Origin: an uncultured archaeon
Lineage (GTDB): Archaea; Thermoplasmatota; Thermoplasmata; Thermoplasmatales; Thermoplasmataceae
Length of the DNA stretch: 64,000 bases
Assembly (NCBI GenBank): GCA_000965745.1
Contig: CP009479.1
Coordinates: forward strand, 672,001 to 736,000
Direction of reading: 5' to 3'
The stretch's first letter is position 1. Every line of letters starts with the position of its first letter. Below the pieces are notes generated by a model. It worked only from the letters and a program-made list of their open reading frames with translations. It was not told where the DNA came from and did no database searches. The position numbers and the translations under genes are program-made. Below, one piece after another: positions 31,883 to 42,880 of the stretch.

Positions 31883-32166
31883 TGACAATAAACCCATTTA
31901 TTCCGGACCTATCTTTCTTTGACACTTATATAATTCCCTTGATGTCTGCTTGTTTGGCTCTTTACGGAACGTTACTAGCACGAAAAGAGAAACTGAACGG
32001 TTCAGAGAGGATGTTACAGGGACTAAAAGACCAATTCATGGTCAATGATATGCTACTTAAAGTATTAGAACACAGCGTTGCTTTAGCCGAAGACGGTTTT
32101 AAGAAATCCCTATTAGGCCAAATTGAACTAATTAGGATTGTATTACAACATTCACATTATAGTTAA
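31882..32166 (+). CDS. Hypothetical protein with N-terminal TM; IS630 inserted at its stop codon
   Basis: TGATG coupling to the upstream gene; reconstructed empty site reads CAT TAA. Confidence 0.6.
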   Translation: MTINPFIPDLSFFDTYIIPLMSACLALYGTLLARKEKLNGSERMLQGLKDQFMVNDMLLKVLEHSVALAEDGFKKSLLGQIELIRIVLQHSHYS

Positions 32167-33243
32167 ATACCTAACTTTCTATACTTATTATACTCCTCCG
32201 GAATGAACTTCCTGATCCAGCCTATCGAGAAGGAATTGAACGGTGACAGTTCCTGGAAACTCTTAGAAATGAGGGATTTCATGTGATGTTCCGATGCAAT
32301 GAAATTTCTCGATACAACTCTCTTTATGCTCTTCCATATGAATTCAATTGGGTTGAGATCAGGCGAGTATGGCGGCAGGAAAATGAGTTCTATTCTGAGT
32401 TCTAGGGATAATTCCATCACCTTTGCTGCATGATGTGATGCAAAATTATCCAGCACCACCTTGATCTTCTTTTCAGGATTGTTCCTCCTTATCTCAACCA
32501 GAAACGCGCAGATATCCTCCTTCCTTGATCGCTCCATGAAGCTGCATGTACTTGTGCCATTGATTGCATAGAACCCTATGCAATTGATTCTGTACTTAGC
32601 TGTGTTCTTTATCTTCTCTGACCTTTTGAAGGACCACATCCTTACAGTGTTGGATGTGTTCTGTGGAGATGACTCATCCAGGAATCCTATGATCTCATCA
32701 TCCATGCTGATCTGGCCTAAGTTTTTTTTAGCCTTTCCTCAGCGTCCTTTGGACGCCTGAAGTCATGCGGATATGGCTTTGAGTACTTCATGCCCATCTG
32801 CCTGAGGATCGTGCGTACATGCTTCTGTGAGAACCTGATTCCGAATCTCTTCTCAATGAGTTTCTGTACCTCCTCTGTGGTCCAGTCATCCCTTTCCTGC
32901 AATATTGTCCTGAGGCGTTCTTTCTTCTCCCCGGAGAGCTTAGCGGGCTTGCCGCCTGCAAATCTAGGTGCAAGGCCGTCATATCCATCCTCATTCCACC
33001 GGTCCTGCCACTGGTACCCGACCATCTTGTACACTCCGACCTTGGATGCAGCCTCTTCCACTGAATCTCCGTTGTAACGGTGCCTGACAAAGTACAGGCG
33101 CTTGAGGATCCGAGTGTCCTTCTCCAGTGTCTTGATACGCTTTTCAAGCTCTTCCACACTCATTTTTCTGTCAATTGGTATGGTCTCCTTCCTGCCCATG
33201 GTTGTATAATACTAATACGTATTAAAAGTATGGTATTTAACTA
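32160..33243 (-). mobile_element. IS630-family element, two ORFs (33199-32717 and 32705-32163) joined by a -1 frameshift
   Basis: IRs TAGTTAAATACC and GGTATTTAACTA, TA duplication; A8C slippery run; FLDE, LDN, LPPYSPDLNPIE. Confidence 0.93.
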
Positions 33244-33276
33244 TAATTTGAACCGGAGAAAAATGGAAACACAACA

Positions 33277-33605
33277 TCACTTTCGCCGATCATGTGAAAT
33301 TAAAAAATCTCTGAGTTTGTTGAAAGCCAATTTCCCCTTCTCCATGATTCCAATAAGATACCTGTTCTGATAACTTGTCTTGTCGATCCTCAAGGAGACA
33401 ACTTCTAGTTCATGCCCTTCTCAATACACGCAAATAGTCGATCCACGGATATGCCGGATCCGTTAAGTATTTCCGTTATTGATTGTTCGCCCTTCTTATC
33501 TAGGTAAAGCAGAGTCTCTGAAAGTCGGACTACCTTCCTATTATCACTGCAATAACTGAAATTACGTATGAATCTGGCGGGGCCGGCATTTTGACTTGTC
33601 ACCAT
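33277..33605 (-). pseudogene. Frameshifted winged-helix regulator
   Basis: TLLYLDKKGEQSITEIL..., stop at 33405, continues in a shifted frame as LEVVSLRIDK..IMEKGKLAFNKL. Confidence 0.5.
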
Positions 33606-33687
33606 AGGAATAGGTCGATTTTAAATCAGAAGGAATTAAATGGATGGGGATTCAGTATCTATTGATATTAGCAGAATTAGTTGAGTT

Positions 33688-34722
33688 CTACTTAATTCCT
33701 CTAATTATTGCATGATCATGCATGTCTAAAGCGATCCTCGTGATATCTTTCCACCTAATGACTTCCACCAGCCCATCATTTCTCTTTATACTTAAGTATG
33801 GTCCAATTGACACAACCGAACCGACAATAGTTGATAGACCCTTACTTTGTGGGACATTGTCAACTTCCGGTTGATAAGTACCGGTGATACCAGTAGGATG
33901 TCCGCAGGAGACCTTCTTCAGTCTTGAACCGGTGCTTAAAAAGCCATGACTGTACTGAGAAATGCTGTTCCGCCTTGTCTGAGGTCTTCTCCACATCAGG
34001 ATTCTCAAGATACTTTGTGGCATCTTGAAAGTTATCTCCACTTTGAACCATTTCTGATTGGATAGCACTTCTGTTTTGAATAGGAAATTCTCCAAATATG
34101 GATATAATCCTTTTTGGGAGAATACGACTGCGAATGAAAAAATCACTAAAAAGTCCCCAAGAAGGCTTATCGGCGTAAATTTACCAACGGGATAAACAAC
34201 CGTGGGTATATTCGTGTAGAAGTTGGATGAGATAAATAATGGAAGAAGCACCGAAATAAAGAAGATTTTGTGTATCTTAATTTTAGAATATAAGTCTGCG
34301 AACACACTAATGTCTCCTCCACTAGGGTTCACTTCTTTTGAAGTATATTCAATCAGACTGGTTGCTTTATAATGCAGACTTACAAATAATCTAACCCAGA
34401 CTATACTCTGAATGAAAAATGTAAACCACCACAATAATCCCACGATTGAGTTTGGGTGCTGAACATTCAAAGGAAAAAGTGATTGAAAGTACAGAGTTAC
34501 CGCTAGAACAAAAGGCACTGCATAATATAGATCTGAAAATTGCGTTTTATTCACCAACTCAAAGAAATTTCTCATTTCTTTATTGGCTGAAGTGAAAATT
34601 TGAATCGACTTCTTTCTATTGAATGGTGATAATGGTAGAGCTCCGGTTCTGTTCTGCAAAATCTGCAAAGTGGGAAGCAAAATAGTTGCCCCCAGAGTAA
34701 TTTCCGCGAAAGTGCTTACCAT
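33688..34722 (-). CDS. Membrane protein carrying a 168-bp in-frame IS scar
   Basis: 344-aa ORF, about 5 TMs, AT-rich apart from the insert. Confidence 0.7.
   Translation of the reverse strand: MVSTFAEITLGATILLPTLQILQNRTGALPLSPFNRKKSIQIFTSANKEMRNFFELVNKTQFSDLYYAVPFVLAVTLYFQSLFPLNVQHPNSIVGLLWWFTFFIQSIVWVRLFVSLHYKATSLIEYTSKEVNPSGGDISVFADLYSKIKIHKIFFISVLLPLFISSNFYTNIPTVVYPVGKFTPISLLGDFLVIFSFAVVFSQKGLYPYLENFLFKTEVLSNQKWFKVEITFKMPQSILRILMWRRPQTRRNSISQYSHGFLSTGSRLKKVSCGHPTGITGTYQPEVDNVPQSKGLSTIVGSVVSIGPYLSIKRNDGLVEVIRWKDITRIALDMHDHAIIRGIK
33853..34010 (-). mobile_element. Remnant 3' end of an IS transposase (family not determined)
   Basis: YLENPDVEKTSDKAEQHFSVQSWLFKHRFKTEEGLLRTSYWYHRYLSTGS* between 10-bp direct repeats CCACAAAGTA. 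Confidence 0.7.
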
Positions 34723-34926
34723 CTTAAAGTGACAAAACCTTTAGGGAGAAATTATTTTCGGACTGCAGCAAGCTCTCTTACTTTTCAGTTCTCCCGTAAT
34801 TAAAATTTGCCTTCGTAGAATCGATTACTTTGAAGTTGTAAAAGTATTTAATTGATTAAATAATATGGTTGAATATGTTATATTCTGTAAGATATTTCTT
34901 ATCTTATCATACTCACATTGGTGAGG

Positions 34927-36145
34927 CTAGATTATCGTTCGCTTAATAATTAGTCTATTATTATATACCATCTTTTCATATCTTATGGATATAAATGGTG
35001 TTCAGGAGGAATTTTCCGAAACCGAAGTTCACTGAAGAACAGCTTGCAGATCTTGGAAAGATAAGGAATTCAAGGAGCGAGGAAAGAAGGCGTGTAATCA
35101 GGGCAGGAATAATTCTTGACTACATCGCTGATCTCAGCGACGAAGTCATAGCAAGGAAGAACCATGTAAATAAGAACACCGTAAAGAACACCCTCTCCAA
35201 GTTAAGAGAATTCGGCGTTGATTCTGCTCTTGCTGATCTTCCAAGGCCAGGAAAGCCACGCAGGATCACCGACGACGATAAGGCATGGATCCTGAATCTT
35301 GCCTGCACAAAACCATCGGAACATGGATATCCCAATGAACTCTGGACATATTCCCTGCTCACATCCCATGCAAGGATGAGCAGGCCATCATTGAGAGACG
35401 TGAGCCGTTCCACAATTCACGATATACTGACACTTGCAGCGATCAGGCCGCACAAGATCCGGTATTACGTAGAGAACAGGGATGAGGATTTCGAGAACAA
35501 GATGGCAACCATTCTTCATGTTTACAAGGAGGTCGAAATTATCAACTCCGGATCTGCAGAGGATGACCTGAAGGATACCATAACAATATCATTCGACGAG
35601 AAGCCTGGAATACAGGCACTGTCACTGAAATCTGAGGAGCTTCCTCCTGTTCCCGGAAAATACCCATCTGTAACGAGGGATTATGAATACAGGAGACTGG
35701 GCACGTTATCACTTCTTGCAGGATTGAATCTTCACAGTGGAAAGGTTACGGAGATTACCTCCAGAACACACAATAGCGACGACTTCATAAGATTCCTGAA
35801 GAAGCTTGATTCCTCATATCCAAAAGAGATAACCCTGAGGCTGATCCTGGACAACCTCAGGGTTCACACATCAGAGAAGACAAGGAAGTATCTCGCAACC
35901 GTTCCGAACAGGTTCGTGTTTGTGTTCACCCCCAAACATGGATCATGGCTCAACATCGTTGAAACGCTGTTCAGCAAGATCACAAGGACACTCCTGAAAG
36001 AGATAAGAGTGAAGAGATTTGAAGAGCTCAAAGAACGCATAGACCAGTATTTCGATGAGCTGAACAGGTCACCAGTCATATTCAGGTGGACCTACAAAAT
36101 GGATGAAACTGTAATAGCATAGAAATTAAGAGAACGCTCATCTAG
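34927..36145 (+). mobile_element. IS630-family element, single-ORF transposase 34995-36122
   Basis: Ends CTAGATTATCGTTCGCTTAA and TTAAGAGAACGCTCATCTAG; FDEKPGIQ, EYRRLGT, LDNL, TPKHGSWLNIVE. Confidence 0.92.
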
Positions 36146-36262
36146 TTAGTCTGATCAATTTTTATCGTGAACCCATTCCTGATACCAGTCAAACCTATTA
36201 TACAACATGAGGTTTCTTGTTACAAAGTTTGGTCACCAAGCAACTACTAAGAGTGTATAAAT

Positions 36263-37180
36263 ATGTATCCTGAAGAGATAATTATAGGAATATTTTCATA
36301 CAATGAGGGAAATAATTTAAAGAGGATAGTTCAGCATATTTTGAGTGAGGAACCACGACTTTCCAATCAAATTCTCCTTTTGGATGACAGTGATGATCCT
36401 TACAGTCTACAGGTCTTGAAAGAACTAACAGAGAAATACGGTATAAGAAAAATATCAAACAAAGAAAGAAAAGGGAAAATCTTTTCCTACAATACTCTTT
36501 TAAAATACTTTTTAGAATCCAATGCAGATGTACTAGTACATTTTGATGCGGATTTGATTCTCGAATCTGGAGTAATCAAAAAGCTCTACAATAATATTGC
36601 TAGTGGAATATTCGATGTCACTGGATGCATGAATAGATCACTTCTAGGACGAACCCTATTTGAAAGATCGGTGAGGTTGTTATCAGTTATGGGGGAAAGA
36701 GCTAGAATGGATGGTACAATGGATTTGCCACTGGTAGGCCATAACGGAGCTTATAGCAGAAGGGCTGCCAATATTATTTACCCTGTTCCTACAGGGGGGA
36801 TAAACGAGGAACTTTATGTTGTTTCCATAATGTTATCCAATGGCCTGAAAGCTGGCTTGACCAGGGATGCACTTTCATACTTCAGAGTTCCATCTAACAT
36901 GAATGATTATATCATGTCTCACAGGAGACTCGCCGCTCAGACCAAGAAATTCATGAGCATAAACGAGAGTCGATCTGGGGGGAAAATCCTTGAAAAGGCT
37001 TTAGAGAAGACAAGAATAAGAATGTCGATGAGGCATGTGTATGCTTCAGTAAGTAAGGATATAGCAGGACTCATTTTGTCTCCATACATACTTGCCATCA
37101 GAAAAGCAGCAATTTGGAGTTCGGGAATCAGTAATGAAGATGAATGGGAAATAGTCAGCAGCACTAAGAATCTGGATTAA
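36263..37180 (+). CDS. Glycosyltransferase family 2
   Basis: SYNEG, LDDSDD, HFDAD. Confidence 0.85.
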   Translation: MYPEEIIIGIFSYNEGNNLKRIVQHILSEEPRLSNQILLLDDSDDPYSLQVLKELTEKYGIRKISNKERKGKIFSYNTLLKYFLESNADVLVHFDADLILESGVIKKLYNNIASGIFDVTGCMNRSLLGRTLFERSVRLLSVMGERARMDGTMDLPLVGHNGAYSRRAANIIYPVPTGGINEELYVVSIMLSNGLKAGLTRDALSYFRVPSNMNDYIMSHRRLAAQTKKFMSINESRSGGKILEKALEKTRIRMSMRHVYASVSKDIAGLILSPYILAIRKAAIWSSGISNEDEWEIVSSTKNLD

Positions 37181-37434
37181 GAATTCTCAACGTATGTGGT
37201 TTCTCCATATAAATTCTAAATCGTTTTTTTATCTAATCTATTTGCCTCACCTATGAGATTCCATAAATACGAGTAATATTACCGTCTGCTTTTTCAATGA
37301 TGTTGAAGGGACTAAAATTTAGAGTTGTTTTTAATTTGACTTTATCGATCACCAATCACTGAAGATCCACTTACTTCGTTGAAGTGAATTTTGGTTTGGA
37401 CCCCTATTGTGGGAGTAGATTGTCTTCTTAGCTA

Positions 37435-38636
37435 TCATCTCTCTTCTATTAGATTTTCCTTCCATGTTTCATAAACCTCCTTTGGTGCTCTGTATCCGAT
37501 CGCCGAATGCAGTCTCTCATTGTTGTAGAATGCAATGAACCTGTCGATTGTGCCATCTGAATCCTTGAACGATGAGAACTCAAACCTTCTGATCACTTCC
37601 TTCTCCAGGATAGAGTTGAACGACTCGATGTGCGCATCTTCCTTTGGTGTGGCGGGATGAATCCTCTCATGCTCGATGTTCGAGGAGGAGAGGAACTGTT
37701 CCACCATCCTGGATACAAACTGCGTGCCATTGTCGCTCCTTATTCTGACCTTTGATACTGCATTCCCTCCTCGATCCAGGAAAGCGAAGTCCATCGCCAT
37801 CTTCACATCCCTTGAGGTGCAGTGATATCCCATGTAATGGCCGACAACCTCCCTGGTGAAGCAATCAATTATGGCGAACAGGTAGGCTGTCCTGTTCTCT
37901 CCCTGTATGTAGACATACTTGATGTCCATCTCCCAGACTTCATTTGGTGCATGAACATCCACAACGGACTCAACAACCCTCTTTGCAGGACTGCGATAGT
38001 TGTATGTGTGGTTGAGAAGGTTATTCTCCTTCATGAGACGGAAAACCTTCTTCCTGTTGATCCTGTACCCGGATCTCTGAAGGTGCTTTGTCACCTTCTT
38101 GTATCCATAGCAGACAAACTCCCTTGAGAGCAGTTCCCTGATCTCATCGAGTACCTGATTGTCAGGAACAATGATCTTACCGGCAGTGGAGGAGAGTTCC
38201 GTTTTCACAGTACGTTTCCTCCCTCTCCTCATTCCGATCATTGAAGGCTTCCGGTAATAGGTGCTCTCAGGAATGTGGAGAAGTTCCAGAATCCTTGAGA
38301 CATTGAGGCCTCTGGTTCTATATTGTTGGATCAGGACTGCCGCCTCCTTCTTTTTTTATATGCTTCCTGCAGCATTTCCACCTCGAGTTCCCTCTCGGCA
38401 AGCATCTTCTTCAACCGTTCATTCTCCTTCTTCAGCTTCCTCACGCTTGGATCCGAGTGCCTGGTTCTCGATCTGAGGCCTTCCACACCATACGTGTCGA
38501 ATATCTCCTTCCAGCGGTAGAACATTGTTGGATCCGCACCATATTTCCTGCATGTCTCAACAACCTGGCCCTTCTCCTTGATCTCGTTGATCAGTGCGAG
38601 TTTCTCCTCTGCCTTCCATCGTCTCCGCTCGGTCAT
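37435..38636 (-). CDS. IS3-type transposase OrfA (38636-38331) and OrfB via -1 frameshift
   Basis: A-AAA-AAG at 38357-38350; WEMDIKY, RSDNGTQF, IESF, YNNERLHSAIGY. Confidence 0.9.
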
Positions 38637-38642
38637 TGTTCC

Positions 38643-40540
38643 GTAGGGTAAAAACCTGGATTTCTCCAGGCCCTTCCACATCAAACCGTACGGTCGGTTT
38701 TCCCGAATACGGCTTTCCGGTGCGCTTCACCACGCGGCATTCGACCTGGATAGGAGATTCTGCCTGTCATTTTCATAAGACCCGTTTTTCGTGCGACACT
38801 CTTAGTATCTCCTTTCCAGGAGACCCTTGGGATCTTATGCTGATGGCTGTAGAACTTAGAGACCTTCCACTCGACAAACATGTGCAGGGTGGAGTACTGT
38901 TTGCTAGCATTTGTATGGTTGAAGTAGTTTGTCCATCCCCTGATCAGGGAGTTCAACTCATCGATCAGAGTGTTCATCGATTTGATGTGCGTCAGGTGTA
39001 TCGATGTGAGTGCTTTCACCTTTTCCCTGAATTTTCTCATGGATCCAGCGGAAGGATAGACCTTTGTAACTGGCTTGCCCGATACATGGGACACTTTCCT
39101 GATGAAGTGGAATCCCAGAAAATCAAAACCATCTTCGGCAGTGATCACACTGGACTTCTCCCTGTTCGGTTCAAGTCCGAGAAGGGATATTATCCTTTCC
39201 AGCGTTTCTGCCACTGCCTGTGGATCCTTGTTCGTCAGTGCGAGAAGATCGTCTGCATATCGAACAAGATGGGCGCTATGCTTGAGCGGGCTTTCCATTC
39301 CCCTCCTTGTCCAGAGTGAGTCAAGCTCATTGAGGTATATGTTAGCCAGAAGAGGCGAGATAACGCCTCCCTGCGGAGTGCCCTGTTCAGGATAACTCGT
39401 GTTCCCCTGGAAGACGATACCTGCCCTGAGCCATTCCCTGATGAGCTTGATCACATATGGATCAGTGATTCGCTTCATGACGGAGAAGACCATCTTCTCG
39501 TGATCAATGTGGTCAAAGAACCCCTTGATATCCATGTCCACTATGTTCGTGTATCCAAGGTTGAGCAGATGACGGATCTTCTCCGAGGCCTGCATTGCAG
39601 ATCTTCCGGGTCGGTACCCGAAGCTGCAGTCCTTGAAATCCGCTTCGAATATTGGCTCTATGATGGATTTCACCGCCTGCTGAACCACCCTGTCCCGGAT
39701 CGTTGGAATACCCAGAGGCCGAAGCTTTCCATCGCCCTTGGGTATGAAGACCCGCTTCACTTTTGGTATCCTGTATGTCTTCATTCGAAGCTGCTGCTGT
39801 ATCTCTGTTAGGAATTGATCGACTCCGCGATTTTCTATGTCCTCTATTGTCTCGCCATCAACGCCAGGTGCTCCATCATTCCCTGCAACTGCTTTCCATG
39901 CGGCTCTCAAAACATCGAGCCTGCACACCTTGTCGTGTAGGGAATAAAATCTTCTTTGTTCGTCCGTCTTGGCCGCGTGGTAGAGCCCATTCTGCAGGGA
40001 TTCGAGTGTTTTCAATCTTCGTACCCCCTTTCGAGAGAATAGAATACTCCTCCCCTGTAAATGGGCATGCACAGAGCAGGGTTCCTTCCCTTGTCTGGAG
40101 TTGTGCTGTCTCCGGATTCATTGGTACTATTAACCCCTCCGACTCCTTGCATCTCATTGCGATCCCTTTCCCTTACGGTTATAGGATCAGCTACCACTAC
40201 TCAACCCTCCAAGGCATGTTCGTGGAAGCTGCAAGGTCTCCCGATTTAGCGCATATGACATTCCTCTCTTGCCGTCGGCAGGACACCGGGAAGGCGGGTA
40301 TTCCAATGTGGCTGTACAGAATACCCATGGCAGTCTTCGCCTTTTGGGGACGGGCTCGACCCTTCCATTTGGGCTCACGGTGCTATGTTCCGTTCTCTCT
40401 CGATGCGGCCAGAGATTTTGCAGAATGGATAACTTCACACCACCCATCACTGGGAAGCATGTATCCTCTGCTATGTGGCTGAACCACTGATTTCCACAGT
40501 AAGACTTACACTCACTTGCCATATGTTTTCCTCGGCGTGC
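38643..40540 (-). ncRNA. Group II intron (about 1.9 kb)
   Basis: 34-nt domain V AAAGCCGUAUUCGGGAAAACCGACCGUACGGUUU (38716-38683), domain VI hairpin ending CCCUAC, internal RT gene; removal restores an IS leader matching the intron-free copy at 63223. Confidence 0.92.
38681..40015 (-). CDS. Group II intron reverse transcriptase/maturase without HNH domain
   Basis: [45 protein letters not shown]-domain LIRGWTNYF; likely TTG start 40015 after AAGGGG (track ORF starts at 40072). Confidence 0.95.
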   Translation of the reverse strand: MKTLESLQNGLYHAAKTDEQRRFYSLHDKVCRLDVLRAAWKAVAGNDGAPGVDGETIEDIENRGVDQFLTEIQQQLRMKTYRIPKVKRVFIPKGDGKLRPLGIPTIRDRVVQQAVKSIIEPIFEADFKDCSFGYRPGRSAMQASEKIRHLLNLGYTNIVDMDIKGFFDHIDHEKMVFSVMKRITDPYVIKLIREWLRAGIVFQGNTSYPEQGTPQGGVISPLLANIYLNELDSLWTRRGMESPLKHSAHLVRYADDLLALTNKDPQAVAETLERIISLLGLEPNREKSSVITAEDGFDFLGFHFIRKVSHVSGKPVTKVYPSAGSMRKFREKVKALTSIHLTHIKSMNTLIDELNSLIRGWTNYFNHTNASKQYSTLHMFVEWKVSKFYSHQHKIPRVSWKGDTKSVARKTGLMKMTGRISYPGRMPRGEAHRKAVFGKTDRTV

Positions 40541-40730
40541 CCCCAGACCCTCTTCAATATGGTCTTTAATATATTAATATCACTATTAGTCAATCTTCTC
40601 CATTGATTTAAGGGGCCAGACCAATTTGTTGGTAAGGTAATTCATATTCACTTGTAAATATGACTTGTTGTTTATGAATGTTTGATGATGTAAACACACT
40701 TACGGTATTGCTCAAATTCCATTTTGGGGT

Positions 40731-41645
40731 ATGTGTGAGTCTTCTTACTTATTGAAAGTAGAAGAAAATTTTTATCTTATATATTCTCATGGAAATGTTG
40801 TGTTTTCCATAGGTCATATAACCTCAGTAATAAGGTATAGAAAAGCCTTTAGAAATTACCCCACTGTTTTTATTAAGTTGTTGAAAGGAAAATATGATTT
40901 TCAGGTAATTATGAGAAAAGATAAAAACAGAATTAGAACATATAGTCAATCGTTATTATATTTCTTGTCTTTTGCACCCGAGGGTTACTATTACGATAGT
41001 AAAGACGATATTCTAAGATTTAATTTCAATGGGAGGTCTGTTTATCTCAAAGGTACACTTAAAAACGGCGACGTAGGTGGCATTTTTGGGGATATGAGTT
41101 ATGATATTAATGTTAGGGATAAAGTAGTCCTTGATGTTGGTGCAAACATTGGGGACAGTGCCGTTTTTTTCGCCTTAAGTGGTGCAAAGAGAGTAATAGC
41201 AATCGAACCAATAAAGAAGAACTTTGACTTGTTAACTGAAAATGTACGAGTTAATAACCTAGAAGGAATAATAATTCCCATTTTTGGCGGGCTCGGTGCT
41301 CAAAGATCTCAAATCTTCATTGATCAAGACAATCTTGTTGGGACAAACATTAATCTTTCGGAAAGTGCGTATATTGAAGGTTTTAAGACCGAGATCTATT
41401 CATTCGGTGAAATTTTGACTAGATATGAATGCTCAGTAATGAAAATTGACTGTGAAGGGTGTGAATATGACTTATTTGAAAAAGTCTCACTTTCCGATGT
41501 TCATCTACTTGATATTATAGTGGGCGAATATCACTCGAATGGGGTCTCGGAGATTGAGAAAATATTGGGAGAAAAAGCAGGCTTCCATGTTGACATTAGA
41601 GGCAACTCCAAGAATGGTATCTTCAAAGCAACTAAAGAAAATTGA
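40731..41645 (+). CDS. FkbM-family methyltransferase
   Basis: LDVGANIGD, IEP, KIDCEGCEY. Confidence 0.9.
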   Translation: MCESSYLLKVEENFYLIYSHGNVVFSIGHITSVIRYRKAFRNYPTVFIKLLKGKYDFQVIMRKDKNRIRTYSQSLLYFLSFAPEGYYYDSKDDILRFNFNGRSVYLKGTLKNGDVGGIFGDMSYDINVRDKVVLDVGANIGDSAVFFALSGAKRVIAIEPIKKNFDLLTENVRVNNLEGIIIPIFGGLGAQRSQIFIDQDNLVGTNINLSESAYIEGFKTEIYSFGEILTRYECSVMKIDCEGCEYDLFEKVSLSDVHLLDIIVGEYHSNGVSEIEKILGEKAGFHVDIRGNSKNGIFKATKEN

Positions 41646-41674
41646 GTAGATAATTGATTTTTGAATAACATGCT

Positions 41675-42871
41675 TTGTATACCTTTTTTTGTACCATACA
41701 CCCAATAAAGGTAGAGAATAATTTATACTACCACAGATTTCCAAACGTGGATCTTGCCCTAAAAAAAAAGCTTATAAACCCTAGTATTTGCATAATGATC
41801 CCGAGACTTTCATCGATAGATGGTCAGGCCATAAGGGTGATTGATATGGCCGAAAGCCTAAAAGATTACCGTGTATCCTTTGTAACTCACACAGTAGATA
41901 GGGTTGATGAAATATCAACAAAATATGATATATATGTCTCAAATAGGTACTACTTATCAATCATAGACGGGAAGTTGATATCGCACTTGAAAGATTACGA
42001 TCAGATAATAGTACAAGGAGCTATTCCTTTCCTATTAGCCACCATGGTAACAAGGAAGAGAGTAATTTACAGCAGTCCTGGACCAGACCCCCTTTTTCTA
42101 TTCAGGTTTCCCGGGAAAATCAAAATGTTCATTTCCAGGATCTTAGAAAGATTTTTAGTCAAAAAAGCTCGCCTTCTTATATGCAACTCAGAATGGATGG
42201 GTGGATATTACGAGAAAATAAAAGTTCACCCAACAATAGTACCATCTTCAATAGACAATTCAGTTTTTTTTCCTACTAGTAATTCTAAGTGCATTTCCAA
42301 AATGGGCAAAATTAAATTGATATTAGTGGGAGATTGGGATGGTTGGTATGGTAGGAAAAGGCAACATGAGTTTATATCCCTCCTCCCTGAAGTTTTTTTA
42401 GAGTACCCAGAGGTAGATGTAGAGCTTATTGGACTGTCCGAAGAGTCCATAAGGGAACTGCATAAGTTTGTTGAAAGATTATCAATAAGTTCCAAGGTAA
42501 AACTCCGAGGTAGGATGAGCAGTAAGGAAGTTGCAAATAGACTAAGGCAATCTGACATTTTTGTATCATCCACGATAAGCGACACTTTTTATCGCCCAAT
42601 TGTTGAGGCATTTGCCTGTGGGCTACCTGCTCTGGTCCGAATTCCACCTACTTTTGTTCCAAGAGAAAATATCGCCCAAATTCATCATGCAAAAAAATCG
42701 GGTGGAGCTGTTTTATTTAACCTAAACCCATCAAGTTTTCTAGATGCATTATATCATGTTATTCAAAATTATCAAAATCTACGCTCAAATTCGTTAGAAT
42801 ATTCAAATCTATTCAAAAGAAAGTTAATCAGGGATGAATATAGGGCTTTATTTAATGAGATAATGGGGTGA
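41675..42871 (+). CDS. Glycosyltransferase family 4 (true start probably downstream)
   Basis: SDIFVSSTISDTF..IVEAFACGLP. Confidence 0.85.
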   Translation: MYTFFCTIHPIKVENNLYYHRFPNVDLALKKKLINPSICIMIPRLSSIDGQAIRVIDMAESLKDYRVSFVTHTVDRVDEISTKYDIYVSNRYYLSIIDGKLISHLKDYDQIIVQGAIPFLLATMVTRKRVIYSSPGPDPLFLFRFPGKIKMFISRILERFLVKKARLLICNSEWMGGYYEKIKVHPTIVPSSIDNSVFFPTSNSKCISKMGKIKLILVGDWDGWYGRKRQHEFISLLPEVFLEYPEVDVELIGLSEESIRELHKFVERLSISSKVKLRGRMSSKEVANRLRQSDIFVSSTISDTFYRPIVEAFACGLPALVRIPPTFVPRENIAQIHHAKKSGGAVLFNLNPSSFLDALYHVIQNYQNLRSNSLEYSNLFKRKLIRDEYRALFNEIMG

Positions 42872-42880
42872 TCATAATAA

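Larger units (their letters stand above)
37392..40623 (-). mobile_element. Complete IS3-type element containing a group II intron
   Basis: TG..CA IRs TGGTCTGGCCCCTTAA and TGGTTTGGACCCCTAT; 4-bp TSD ATTT (37388-37391 and 40624-40627). Confidence 0.92.

Noticed and set aside
38636-38684. Extended orfA N-terminus (MMWKGLEK...) in the ORF track
   Set aside because: Most of these codons are intron domain VI; the paralog at 63301 supports ATG 38636 as the start.
38681-40072. RT as a retron, Abi or CRISPR-associated RT
   Set aside because: It has RT0 and X domains and is flanked by domains V and VI.
38594-40522. Long antisense or overlapping ORFs (38594-39319, 39763-40482 and similar shadows across the window)
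   Set aside because: They lie opposite well-supported genes or structured intron RNA and show no motifs.
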